Assembly: GCA_964645315.1 (NCBI GenBank)
Contig: CAZYBH010000003.1
Coordinates: forward strand, 5,789-69,788
DNA: 64,000 bases
Direction of reading: 5' to 3'
From: an uncultured Candidatus Saccharibacteria bacterium
GTDB lineage: Bacteria; Patescibacteriota; Minisyncoccia; Phycocordibacterales; PALSA-1337
Made by a program: the position numbers and the translations under genes. The number at the start of each line of letters is the position of its first letter. Position 1 is the stretch's first letter. Below, in pieces: positions 1 through 7,839 of the stretch. The notes under the pieces were generated by a model, which ran no database searches, was not told where the DNA came from, and worked only from the letters and a program-made list of their open reading frames with translations.

Positions 1-525
1 ACCCAAGAACTTGCTGACCATCTCTGATTCTGGAAGTAAATCTTCATTTTTAAGATTTGTGTATAGTTTCTTCAATGCTTCTTCTACCTTTTTTGCTAGA
101 ACTTCATTTACATGCCAGCGATGACGGAATTCATCATCTTCTTTGAATTTTCGGAAAGGTTCACCGACTACTAGCAAGAAATAGATGTGATTTTGGAGAC
201 TAGGATCTTTTGAGACATGGCCTAGGAAATCATCTTCAACGACAATACCACCTAGAGAGTGAAGTAAAGTCTCAATCTCAGCAAATGCAGATTTCTCTTT
301 TGCATAATCATCTGACTTGCGAATATTGGTCAAAGCGTAGTTTTCGATTTGACGGACTCTTTCGCGAGTAATGCCGTAGATCTTTCCTATAGCATCAAGT
401 GTCATACGCTTTACATCCTTGCCAAGACCGTATCTGTATGTGATCACTTCGCGAGCACGATCAGGAAGAGAAGACAAAAGTCTCTTTACAGTCTGTTTTG
501 GTTTGAATGTAAGTGTTGTTGCCAT
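1..525 (-). CDS. sigma-70 region 4-like HTH domain protein (N-terminal ~175 aa; gene continues past window start)
   Basis: Minus-strand ATG at 525..523. Translation MATTLTFKPKQTVKRLLSSLPDRAREVITYRYGLGKDVKRMTLDAIGKIYGITRERVRQIENYALTNIRK... has the L..RE..V...RYGL / TL..IG...G.TRERVRQIE signature of sigma-70 region 4, here at the N-terminus. Absent from the ORF track because no stop falls in the window. Confidence 0.5.
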   Translation of the reverse strand, partial: MATTLTFKPKQTVKRLLSSLPDRAREVITYRYGLGKDVKRMTLDAIGKIYGITRERVRQIENYALTNIRKSDDYAKEKSAFAEIETLLHSLGGIVVEDDFLGHVSKDPSLQNHIYFLLVVGEPFRKFKEDDEFRHRWHVNEVLAKKVEEALKKLYTNLKNEDLLPESEMVSKFLG

Positions 526-638
526 GTTTTTATAATAGTATTAATGAATATGTTTTATCATTTTATCCAATTAAAGTCAACAAGCTTGCACAACTTGTAG
601 ATTTATGGTACAACGTAAATGGAAGGAACCTCAAGACC

Positions 639-1148
639 ATGAAAAAAGTGGAATGGGAAATCGGTTTTGTACTGCCGAAGCAAATCACCGGCACACCAAT
701 GTGGCTCGACACGAAACCGTTGCGGGACTTGGACATTTCGAGATCTGTCCGTCTGATCGGAACTCCCGAAAAACAATCTGGAGAATTTCTGAACTGGGCA
801 AAGGGGCAAGCAACGGATGGGACGATCTTCGCAGATATCAGGCACTTCCAGCGTCTTGCCGAGGTGCTCGAAGGCAAGTCTAGCCAGGTCGAAGGTCGAT
901 ACACTCACTTCGTCTTGGCTGGAATTGTCTTCGATACCACGGAGCAGATTCGGGTCGTGGAAAAAGTGACCGTCGCTGGCAAAACGACAGATCAGCCGAA
1001 GATGATCGACGTCAACATGCGGTCTGTTCCCGTGATGAATCTTTTCGTGATCAATAACAAGCCGGTCTGGGGCGTTGCCCTTTATCCGGCAAATCAATAC
1101 TACGGGCGACTTGGTGGTCATGACACCGCGCTCGTACTGATCGGATGA
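639..1148 (+). CDS. hypothetical protein (GC-rich, likely foreign)
   Basis: In-frame ATG at 639 inside track ORF 513..1148, preceded by ggaagg. The segment is about 50% GC, clearly above its neighbours. No recognisable motifs. Confidence 0.5.
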   Translation: MKKVEWEIGFVLPKQITGTPMWLDTKPLRDLDISRSVRLIGTPEKQSGEFLNWAKGQATDGTIFADIRHFQRLAEVLEGKSSQVEGRYTHFVLAGIVFDTTEQIRVVEKVTVAGKTTDQPKMIDVNMRSVPVMNLFVINNKPVWGVALYPANQYYGRLGGHDTALVLIG

Positions 1149-1173
1149 AGTTTCCACACTTCGTCCATTTCAC

Positions 1174-1200
1174 AAGCGCCGACAACAATCGGCGCTTGGT
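1174..1200. terminator. hairpin between convergent genes (aagcgccg-acaaca-atcggcgctt), possible bidirectional terminator
   Basis: Inverted repeat seen directly between the 639..1148 (+) stop and the leuS (-) stop. Confidence 0.4.
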
Positions 1201-1204
1201 TTAT

Positions 1205-4200
1205 TTATGAAATAACAATATTGATCAATCTATTGGGTACAACGATAACTTTTGTAACCTTTTTGCCTTCCAACCACTTCTTGACAACCTCATTTTCCAT
1301 AGCGATTTTTTCGATAATAGATTTGTCTGCATTTGAAGGTGCTTCGAAACTTCCTCTCAACTTACCATTGATCTGAATTGTAATATTTACGATATCTTCT
1401 TGGACAAAATCTGGGTTATATTCTGGCCAAGGAGCGATATGAATTGACTTTTTATTTCCCAAATTCATCCACAATTCTTCAGTAAAATGAGGGGCAAAAG
1501 GAGCCAAAAGTTTGATCAAATTAGAAAAATTTTGTTTATCGATAATTCCGATTTTTTCTACTTCATTTACTGTAATCATAAGGGTACTGATTGCTGTATT
1601 GAATCGTAGTGATTTGATATCATCAGTCACCTTCTTGATTGCTTTGTGAATGTATTTTGATATTTCTTTTGTTTGATTTTGATCTAAGGTATTTGAAATT
1701 TTGTCATTCAATTTCCAGACTCTTTCTATGAATCTCCTTGTACCACTCAAGCCAGCAGTACTCCAAGCAATCTGTTGATCAAATGGACCCATAAACATTT
1801 CGTATAATCTCATCGAATCAGCACCATAGTTTTTGACTATATCATCAGGATTTACTACGTTGCCAAATCTCTTGGACATCTTCCTACCATCTTCACCCAT
1901 AATAAGACCGACGTGCTGAAGTTTGATAAATGGTTCGGTCGTCGAAACTACTCCGATGTCATACAAGAATTTGTGCCAGAAGCGGGCGTATATGAGATGG
2001 CGCGTTGCATGTTCTGCCCCACCAACATAGACATCGACTGGTGACCAATATTTTTCTTTTTTATTATCAACCAATGCTTTGGAATTTTTTGGATCCATGT
2101 AGCGCAAATAGTACCAAGATGAACCTGCCCACTGTGGCATAGTATTTGTCTCTCTCTTGGCTTTGCCTTTGCAAACTGGACACTTAACATTGACCCATTT
2201 GTCTATCGAAGCAAGAGGCGACTCACCAGTACCAGTAGGTTCGTAAGATTTGACTCGAGGTAATGTCACTGGCAAATCTTTGAAAGGTACGGGTACAATT
2301 CCGTTTGATTCTGGTCTTATCAATTTGCAATTTTCGCAATGAATAATTGGCATTGGCTCGCCCCAATATCGTTGACGCGAAAATACCCAATCACGAAGTT
2401 TGTATTTTGTAACCCACTTGCCACCAACAAAATCTGTAATTTCTTTTTTTATTTCTTCAGAATTTTTGCCGTTGAATTGACCTGAATCCATAACAATACC
2501 ATAACCGGTATATGCTATATCACCATTTAATCTCTGACGCCAATAAGGCATCTCCGAATGCGTCATAAAATCATCTGTAAGTGTTGAGAAAGATTCCCAA
2601 AATATTTCATGTTGGGCATTTTCTTCATCACTAACATTATCTTTTTCTTCATTTTCCAAATCAAAGGTAACCAACGATGTTAAAGCCAATCTATTTTGAT
2701 CTTTATGAGCTGCAAAATATTCTGCTCTGACTATACCGCCCAAAACTTTGCCATTTGAAAGATTTTTGTAGCCAGTCTCCTCTTGTACTTCTCTTTTGGC
2801 TGCTGTTATCAGATCTTCACCTTGTTCGACTCCTCCCATTGGGAAAGTTGTCCAAGGATGCTTTTTCCATTTCAAACAAAGAATCTTTCCATCTTTTGGA
2901 TTTCTTACAATGACATGAACATTTCTTCTTTCTACTTTTTGCTTACCAGCCACTGGAGGATTTCTTTTATCGACGATGTGTGGAGCGATGACTTGCTTTA
3001 TTGAAAGATTGTATTTTGTTGCAAACTCCCAATCTCTATCATCATGAGCGGGTACGGCCATGACTGCGCCTGTGCCATAATCTGGCAAGACATAATCAGC
3101 AATCCAAAGTGGCACAGCTTCATTGTTTGCTGGATTAATAACCTTGATACCTTTCAATTCAACACCCGTCTTTTCTTTTTTTACATCTGTCCTTTCAATT
3201 TCGCTAATATTTTTTACTTTCTTTATATATTCTTCAACTTCGTTTCTATTTTCTACAATACTCAAAAATTCAGAGACTAGTTTGTGCTCTGGAGCAAGGA
3301 CAACATAAGTAACCCCAAATAATGTATCCGGCCTTGTCGTAAATACTTCTATTTCTTTTTCACCTTTTACCTTTTCCCTATTACCTCCTTGCCCTCCGTA
3401 GCCTTGGCGAAGGAGGGTTACCTTAAATGTAATCAACGCTCCCTCACTCTTCCCAATCCAATTTTTCTGCAAAATCTTTATCGATTCTGGCCAATCAAGC
3501 AAATTACCGCCCTTTTCATTTTTCAAATCAAGATCAGATAAAAGTCTCTCGGCATAGTCAGTAATTTTCAAAACCCATTGACGCATAGGTTTCTTTTCGA
3601 CAACAGTACCACAACGCTCACAACGACCATCCTCAACATCTTCATTTGCCAAACCAGTCTTGCATGAAGGACACCAATTTATCGGCTCATATGATTCATA
3701 AGCCAAACCTTTTTCTAATAATTTCAAAAAGATCCACTGTGTCCATTTGTAATATTTTGGATCGGTGGTGTTGACCTCGCGCGACCAATCATAATCGAAG
3801 CCAAGTATTTCCAATTGCTTCTTGTATCTTGCAACATTCTTCTTGACCGAATCGGCCGGATTGGTCTTGGTCTTTAGTGCATAATTTTCTGCTGGTAGAC
3901 CGAAAGCGTCAAAGCCCATAGGATGTAGAACCGAGTGACCATTCATGCGCTTGAAACGAGAAATGACATCGGTGGCAATATAGCCTTTTGGATGACCAAC
4001 ATGCAAACCTTCACCGGATGGATATGGGAACATATCGAGAACATAAAATTTCTCTCTTTTACCAACTTCTTTTGATTGGTACAATTTGGTCTTTTGCCAT
4101 TTCTTCTGCCATTTGGATTCGATGGGGGCGGGGTTATAGGTTTTGAGCGTTATCTTTTTTGTACTTACTGATGCGCTTTTTCTTGGCTTTTGCCCTTTGC

Positions 4201-4240
4201 CTTTTACCTTTTTTAATGCCTTAGATTTTACTTTTTTCAT
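1205..4240 (-). CDS. leuS: leucyl-tRNA synthetase with Lys-rich N-terminal extension and an inserted Nudix hydrolase domain
   Basis: Class I aaRS motifs: PYPSGEGLHVGH (HIGH) and KMSKRFGNV (KMSKS). CP1 editing-domain signature GTGAVMAVPAHDDRDWEFA. Start chosen at MKKVKSK (4240) rather than the track's 4309. Nudix box GGVEQGEDLITAAKREVQEETGY inside a ~155-aa insertion at nt 2513..2980. Confidence 0.9.
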   Translation of the reverse strand: MKKVKSKALKKVKGKGQKPRKSASVSTKKITLKTYNPAPIESKWQKKWQKTKLYQSKEVGKREKFYVLDMFPYPSGEGLHVGHPKGYIATDVISRFKRMNGHSVLHPMGFDAFGLPAENYALKTKTNPADSVKKNVARYKKQLEILGFDYDWSREVNTTDPKYYKWTQWIFLKLLEKGLAYESYEPINWCPSCKTGLANEDVEDGRCERCGTVVEKKPMRQWVLKITDYAERLLSDLDLKNEKGGNLLDWPESIKILQKNWIGKSEGALITFKVTLLRQGYGGQGGNREKVKGEKEIEVFTTRPDTLFGVTYVVLAPEHKLVSEFLSIVENRNEVEEYIKKVKNISEIERTDVKKEKTGVELKGIKVINPANNEAVPLWIADYVLPDYGTGAVMAVPAHDDRDWEFATKYNLSIKQVIAPHIVDKRNPPVAGKQKVERRNVHVIVRNPKDGKILCLKWKKHPWTTFPMGGVEQGEDLITAAKREVQEETGYKNLSNGKVLGGIVRAEYFAAHKDQNRLALTSLVTFDLENEEKDNVSDEENAQHEIFWESFSTLTDDFMTHSEMPYWRQRLNGDIAYTGYGIVMDSGQFNGKNSEEIKKEITDFVGGKWVTKYKLRDWVFSRQRYWGEPMPIIHCENCKLIRPESNGIVPVPFKDLPVTLPRVKSYEPTGTGESPLASIDKWVNVKCPVCKGKAKRETNTMPQWAGSSWYYLRYMDPKNSKALVDNKKEKYWSPVDVYVGGAEHATRHLIYARFWHKFLYDIGVVSTTEPFIKLQHVGLIMGEDGRKMSKRFGNVVNPDDIVKNYGADSMRLYEMFMGPFDQQIAWSTAGLSGTRRFIERVWKLNDKISNTLDQNQTKEISKYIHKAIKKVTDDIKSLRFNTAISTLMITVNEVEKIGIIDKQNFSNLIKLLAPFAPHFTEELWMNLGNKKSIHIAPWPEYNPDFVQEDIVNITIQINGKLRGSFEAPSNADKSIIEKIAMENEVVKKWLEGKKVTKVIVVPNRLINIVIS

Positions 4241-4298
4241 AGAGCAATCATAGCGGAAAGTGGGTTTTGACGCAAAATTGTGCTGATTTAAAAGGGTA

Positions 4299-4327
4299 TT
4301 GACAATCATTATGTGGTATGCTATAAT
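4299..4327 (+). promoter_or_regulatory. consensus sigma70-type promoter (TTGACA-17 bp-TATAAT)
   Basis: ttgaca at 4299..4304, 17-bp spacer, tataat at 4322..4327. Faces away from leuS. Confidence 0.55.
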
Positions 4328-4333
4328 TGAAGT

Positions 4334-4563
4334 AGATGAATACCACCCAAATAACGACGTTCACGGGAACGCCCGAAGTCGCGGCCAGGAAGGCCGAGGA
4401 GTTGTTTGATGTCCAGAAGCTGGACATCAAACAGACTCTAGTCAATACGTCCACTACGTTGGTGGACGGGAAACTCATTCTGACCATCGTTGTAATCTGG
4501 ACCCGTCCGGTCTAGTAACAACGAACGCATCGCGTTCCCTCCGGGGGGCGCGATGATTTTTTT
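4334..4563 (+). ncRNA. candidate small structured RNA (family unassigned) or leaderless mRNA for a 59-aa ORF (4336..4515)
   Basis: Begins about 7 nt after the -10 box and ends in an intrinsic terminator. About 55% GC inside a roughly 35% GC genome. Contains a perfect 14-bp hairpin at 4403..4433 (tgtttgatgtccag-aag-ctggacatcaaaca) and further hairpins (cgttcacgggaacg, ggcc-aggaa-ggcc, gacggg...cccgtc). ORF 4336..4515 reads MNTTQITTFTGTPEVAARKAEELFDVQKLDIKQTLVNTSTTLVDGKLILTIVVIWTRPV, just under the track's size cutoff. Confidence 0.4.
4528..4563 (+). terminator. rho-independent terminator (catcgcg...cgcgatg stem followed by T7)
   Basis: GC-rich hairpin followed by a ttttttt run. Confidence 0.65.
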
Positions 4564-4580
4564 ACAAACATTTTATGGAA

Positions 4581-5165
4581 TCAGACAAACCACTTTTTCC
4601 TATGCTTATCTAAATAGGTCATAATATCTTCGAGAAAATATTGAGCAAAACTATTGTATTTGCTTGTCTTACTTCTTTTTCGATTATTAAAATCTTCAAA
4701 ACTAACTTTTCTCTTGAGCCAATGATCATCTTCAGATAGTAGTACAGTAAGAATAGGCTCAATTTTTTCTATTATATATACAAATATAGCCTCTTCATCT
4801 TGCCTCTTTTCGTAAATATCAATTTCTTTCCAAATATTAATTAAATCTGGATATCTACTTTTTAACTTTGCCAGAGATTTCAATTCTCTTTTATGTTTAT
4901 CAATCTTCTTATTTGAATATATGGAAACATCACCAGCATAAACTTCTACAAAGTCATGGATGAGTGAATACTTTATAACTTTATTTAAATCAAGTTTTAA
5001 ATTATATTTTTCAATAATCATCCAACAAAGCATAGCAACCCTATATGAATGTTCTGCATCATTGTCTCTAATCATAGAACTATGGATCGAATCGAGGTCT
5101 CTATATGTAGAATTAAAGCGCTTCAATAATTTCTGATAGGCGATAATATTTTTGAAATATTCCAT
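4581..5165 (-). CDS. HD-domain phosphohydrolase (YfbR-like 5'-deoxynucleotidase family)
   Basis: H...HSYRVA and LIHDFVEVYAGD, the HD motif. Confidence 0.7.
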   Translation of the reverse strand: MEYFKNIIAYQKLLKRFNSTYRDLDSIHSSMIRDNDAEHSYRVAMLCWMIIEKYNLKLDLNKVIKYSLIHDFVEVYAGDVSIYSNKKIDKHKRELKSLAKLKSRYPDLINIWKEIDIYEKRQDEEAIFVYIIEKIEPILTVLLSEDDHWLKRKVSFEDFNNRKRSKTSKYNSFAQYFLEDIMTYLDKHRKKWFV

Positions 5166-5214
5166 ATGGGCAGTGTACTATATTTCATAAAGAAATAAAG
5201 TTATACCTTAAACT

Positions 5215-5583
5215 CTATGACACTACCGTCTTCATCTTTTCAAGAAATTTATCAAGATTTAACTGATCTTTTACTCTTAGAAAACTTCTATCAAAGATAA
5301 TTTGGTATTCATCTTCATATAGAATTTTTTCTGGCCGATCAATTATTATTACATCAACACCTCCTTTGATGACAGATTTGTGCCAGTTCAACAATCCAGA
5401 ATCGAAATACTTTTTTAATCCGAAATCCTTCCAGAAAGATATTGCTCCAGGATATTTTGGTCCCTCCTTCGGTAACCATGATCCATCTGGTTTATTCAAG
5501 CGGCGAGGATCACTCATTTCAATCTCATTTGAGATTGCTTCATAAATTCCTACGCCATTTGTGATAAATCGGTAATATTCCAT
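5215..5583 (-). CDS. hypothetical protein (122 aa)
   Basis: Track ORF 5215..5835 would overlap ychF by about 250 nt. An internal ATG at 5583 (MEYYRFITNG...) sits just downstream of the ychF stop, so the shorter form is used. Confidence 0.45.
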   Translation of the reverse strand: MEYYRFITNGVGIYEAISNEIEMSDPRRLNKPDGSWLPKEGPKYPGAISFWKDFGLKKYFDSGLLNWHKSVIKGGVDVIIIDRPEKILYEDEYQIIFDRSFLRVKDQLNLDKFLEKMKTVVS

Positions 5584-5587
5584 ATGT

Positions 5588-6784
5588 CTAAACCTTAAAC
5601 TCAATAACATCACCATCTTTGACGACATACTCCTTACCTTCAATGCGAAGTAGACCTTTTTCGCGAGCAGAGGCATACGATCCTGAAGCGAGCAATTTGT
5701 CCCATTCAATAACTTCTGCACGAATAAATTTGTCTTTGAAATCTGTGTGAATAGCTGTACCCGCAAGAGGTGCTGTCCAACCTCGCTTGATGGTCCAGGC
5801 TCTAGTCTCATCTTCCCCAGTAGTAAAATAGACAATTAGATTCAACAAATCATAGCCAGTTCGAATAAGATTATTTATACCATCCCCCTTCGCCAAGGCT
5901 TCGGGGGACAGGTCCTCCTTCGCCAAGGCTTCGGGGGACAGGTCCTCTTTCGCTGAAACGAGTTCAGACGAGGCTGGAGAGATCGTTTCTCCAACCAAGG
6001 CTTTTCTCATTTCTTCTTTTTCCTCATGATCGAAATCTTTCAATTCATTTTCGATACCAGCATCAACGACTACCCATTTGGAATTATTATTTTGAAAAAA
6101 ACTAATCAAAGCCTTATAGCGCTCATCATTCAATTCATCCAAATTTTTGCCACCACTTTTTTTATTCAAAACATAAAGAATTGGCTTTGATGTTATCAAA
6201 CATAATTGTTTCAAATATGGTTCTTCAAATTCATCTACTTTGACCGTAGAAGCCAGTTTACCAGATTCGAGTATAGGAATAATTTTGTCCAATAGACCCA
6301 TTTCCAAAATCGCTTCCTTTCTACCTGATTTGAAGTCTTTTGAAAGATTACTCTTTCTCTTTGTCACGGTAGCGAGGTCTGCCATTATCAATTCAAGATT
6401 GATAACTTCTATATCCTTGAGTGGATTGATCTTGCCGTCGACATGGATGATATTGTCATCCTCGAAAATCCTTACTACTTCTGCAATAGCATCGGTCTCT
6501 CTAATGTTTGATAAAAATTGATTGCCCAGACCCTCTCCTTCTGATGCGCCTTTGACCAAGCCAGCAATATCGACAAATTCGATAGCGGCAGGAATTGTCT
6601 TTGCAGATTTTGAAAAATGAGATAATTTCCAAAGTCGCTCATCAGGAACAGCAACAACTCCGACAGATGGATCGATAGTAGCAAATGGATAATTTGCAAT
6701 AAGAACGCTCTTTTTTGTAAGCGCGCTAAAAAGGGTTGATTTTCCCACATTTGGCAGACCGACTATTCCGATTGATAGAGACAT
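5588..6784 (-). CDS. ychF: ribosome-binding ATPase YchF (Obg-like GTPase family)
   Basis: GIVGLPNVGKSTLF (G1 motif). C-terminal TGS-like region AWTIKRGWTAPLAGTAIHTDFKDKFIRAEVI. Start taken at MSLSIGIVG (6784). Confidence 0.9.
   Translation of the reverse strand: MSLSIGIVGLPNVGKSTLFSALTKKSVLIANYPFATIDPSVGVVAVPDERLWKLSHFSKSAKTIPAAIEFVDIAGLVKGASEGEGLGNQFLSNIRETDAIAEVVRIFEDDNIIHVDGKINPLKDIEVINLELIMADLATVTKRKSNLSKDFKSGRKEAILEMGLLDKIIPILESGKLASTVKVDEFEEPYLKQLCLITSKPILYVLNKKSGGKNLDELNDERYKALISFFQNNNSKWVVVDAGIENELKDFDHEEKEEMRKALVGETISPASSELVSAKEDLSPEALAKEDLSPEALAKGDGINNLIRTGYDLLNLIVYFTTGEDETRAWTIKRGWTAPLAGTAIHTDFKDKFIRAEVIEWDKLLASGSYASAREKGLLRIEGKEYVVKDGDVIEFKV
5889..5953. repeat. 30-bp in-frame tandem repeat x2.1 inside ychF (encodes AKEDLSPEAL repeats)
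   Basis: The unit cttcgccaaggcttcgggggacaggtcctc occurs twice in a row at 5889..5948, followed by a partial third copy. Confidence 0.8.
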
Positions 6785-6843
6785 AATTTTTATCCACAAT
6801 TAACTTGACATATTAATAATATTCGTTACAATTAAATTAATCA

Positions 6844-7458
6844 CTACGAGGAAGACCCTGATGCAGTTCCGTCTGCATTGGGGGCTTTTTCTTTTACATT
6901 CCTCTCATGTAACTCAAGGTTTGATTTTTGATCATCCAGATATGCAATCGGAGCACCAGTTCTTTTTAATAATATTGAGCATCTCTTTGGATTACTTGGA
7001 GACAAAATTGCCTTCAGCTTCCCACCGGCTAATAATACCTTTATCAGTGGTGCATAATCTCCATCACTTGCGACTATAACGGCTTTTTCTAAGAAACCTA
7101 AATAAAAATCGCTACTGGCTTTCATTAGTAAATCTGAATCACAATTACCCTTTGGTTTACCATCTGCGTAAACAACATCCTTAAAGATCAACTCAAAACC
7201 ACATTCTTGTATATAAGAATATAAATCCTTGTACTTTGGGATCAGGCCAATAAAAATATAAGCTATTTTTACATCATATTTCTCAGATAACCAGATCCTG
7301 AACTTCCGATAATCTAAACGCCAATTTAAATGATTTCTGAGAGCTTTATCAAGATTTGTAGCATCAATATAAGCAATATTGACCGGATGCTCTTTTTGCA
7401 ACTTATTTTGAAACAAAGACATGAAATGAGCATAACACAAAGCGGTGCTACTTGTCAT
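6844..7458 (-). CDS. NYN-domain (LabA/PIN-like) protein
   Basis: AYIDATNL ... CDSDL ... VASDGDYAPL acidic residues of the NYN fold. The start could be 7458 or the ATG at 7422. Confidence 0.65.
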   Translation of the reverse strand: MTSSTALCYAHFMSLFQNKLQKEHPVNIAYIDATNLDKALRNHLNWRLDYRKFRIWLSEKYDVKIAYIFIGLIPKYKDLYSYIQECGFELIFKDVVYADGKPKGNCDSDLLMKASSDFYLGFLEKAVIVASDGDYAPLIKVLLAGGKLKAILSPSNPKRCSILLKRTGAPIAYLDDQKSNLELHERNVKEKAPNADGTASGSSS

Positions 7459-7485
7459 AGCACCGCTCGAACCTCTCCAGATTCA

Positions 7486-7839
7486 CTACCGTCGAGCAGA
7501 CCGAACAGGACGAACACCCCGAGGGTCACAGAGAAAGACCTGTCCCGGACCCAGACCCGTATGTGTGGCTCGAGGAGCCGGAAGCTCCTCAGGGTTGGCT
7601 TTAAACCCGAGCTGGCTTCGTCCGTTTTTGCGGTCTCTGGCTGAACCATGAGTTCTCTTCAAAACCCACTCAGGAATTTTCCCATTGTTTTGCCGGTGAC
7701 GATGCAATGCAGACTTCGACGGAATGATTTTGTATCCATTCGCCATAGCTTTCCTTTCTACTAAGAGTTGCTCTACCGAATTCTGTCCGATAACATCATA
7801 CCACAAATAATCGATGAATTCAAACAATTCTTCCATCAC
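7486..7839 (-). CDS. hypothetical protein with a GC-rich C-terminal tail of uncertain reality
   Basis: Its ATG overlaps the zwf stop (atga at 7836..7839), suggesting translational coupling. The N-terminal 60 aa look protein-like. The C-terminal half lies in the anomalous GC-rich segment 7441..7660. Confidence 0.35.
   Translation of the reverse strand: MMEELFEFIDYLWYDVIGQNSVEQLLVERKAMANGYKIIPSKSALHRHRQNNGKIPEWVLKRTHGSARDRKNGRSQLGFKANPEELPAPRATHTGLGPGQVFLCDPRGVRPVRSARR

Noticed and set aside
349-1157. Track ORFs 349..600 (+), 563..904 (-), 603..1157 (-), 605..883 (+)
   Set aside because: They overlap the better-supported genes (the sigma-r4-like gene on the minus strand, and 639..1148) in other frames or antisense. 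The GC-rich segment naturally yields long spurious frames.
1948-4487. Short ORFs antisense to or inside leuS (1948..2190, 2783..3004, 3044..3280, 3123..3308, 4248..4487)
   Set aside because: They are embedded in a strongly supported 1011-aa synthetase gene. No start or RBS context; low-complexity translations.
4334-4563. Assigning the GC-rich transcript to SRP RNA, 6S RNA, tmRNA or RNase P RNA
   Set aside because: I compared it by eye with the E. coli 4.5S domain IV (GGAA tetraloop / AGCAGC loop), the RNase P P4 (AGGAAAGUCCGGGCUCC) and the tmRNA tRNA-like ends. None matched convincingly, so it is left unassigned.
5215-5835. Long form of the 5215 gene (206 aa)
   Set aside because: It would overlap the ychF 3' end by ~250 nt in another frame. 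An internal ATG at 5583 immediately after the ychF stop gives a non-overlapping 122-aa product.
7441-7660. Calling the GC-rich patch RNase P RNA or a group II intron domain V
   Set aside because: It shows only a weak resemblance to CR-V (AACCCGAGCUGGCUUCG versus AACCCGGCUUAUCG) and no P4 5' strand. The 7-bp hairpin lacks the AGC triad and bulge of domain V. It is also too short for RNase P RNA.
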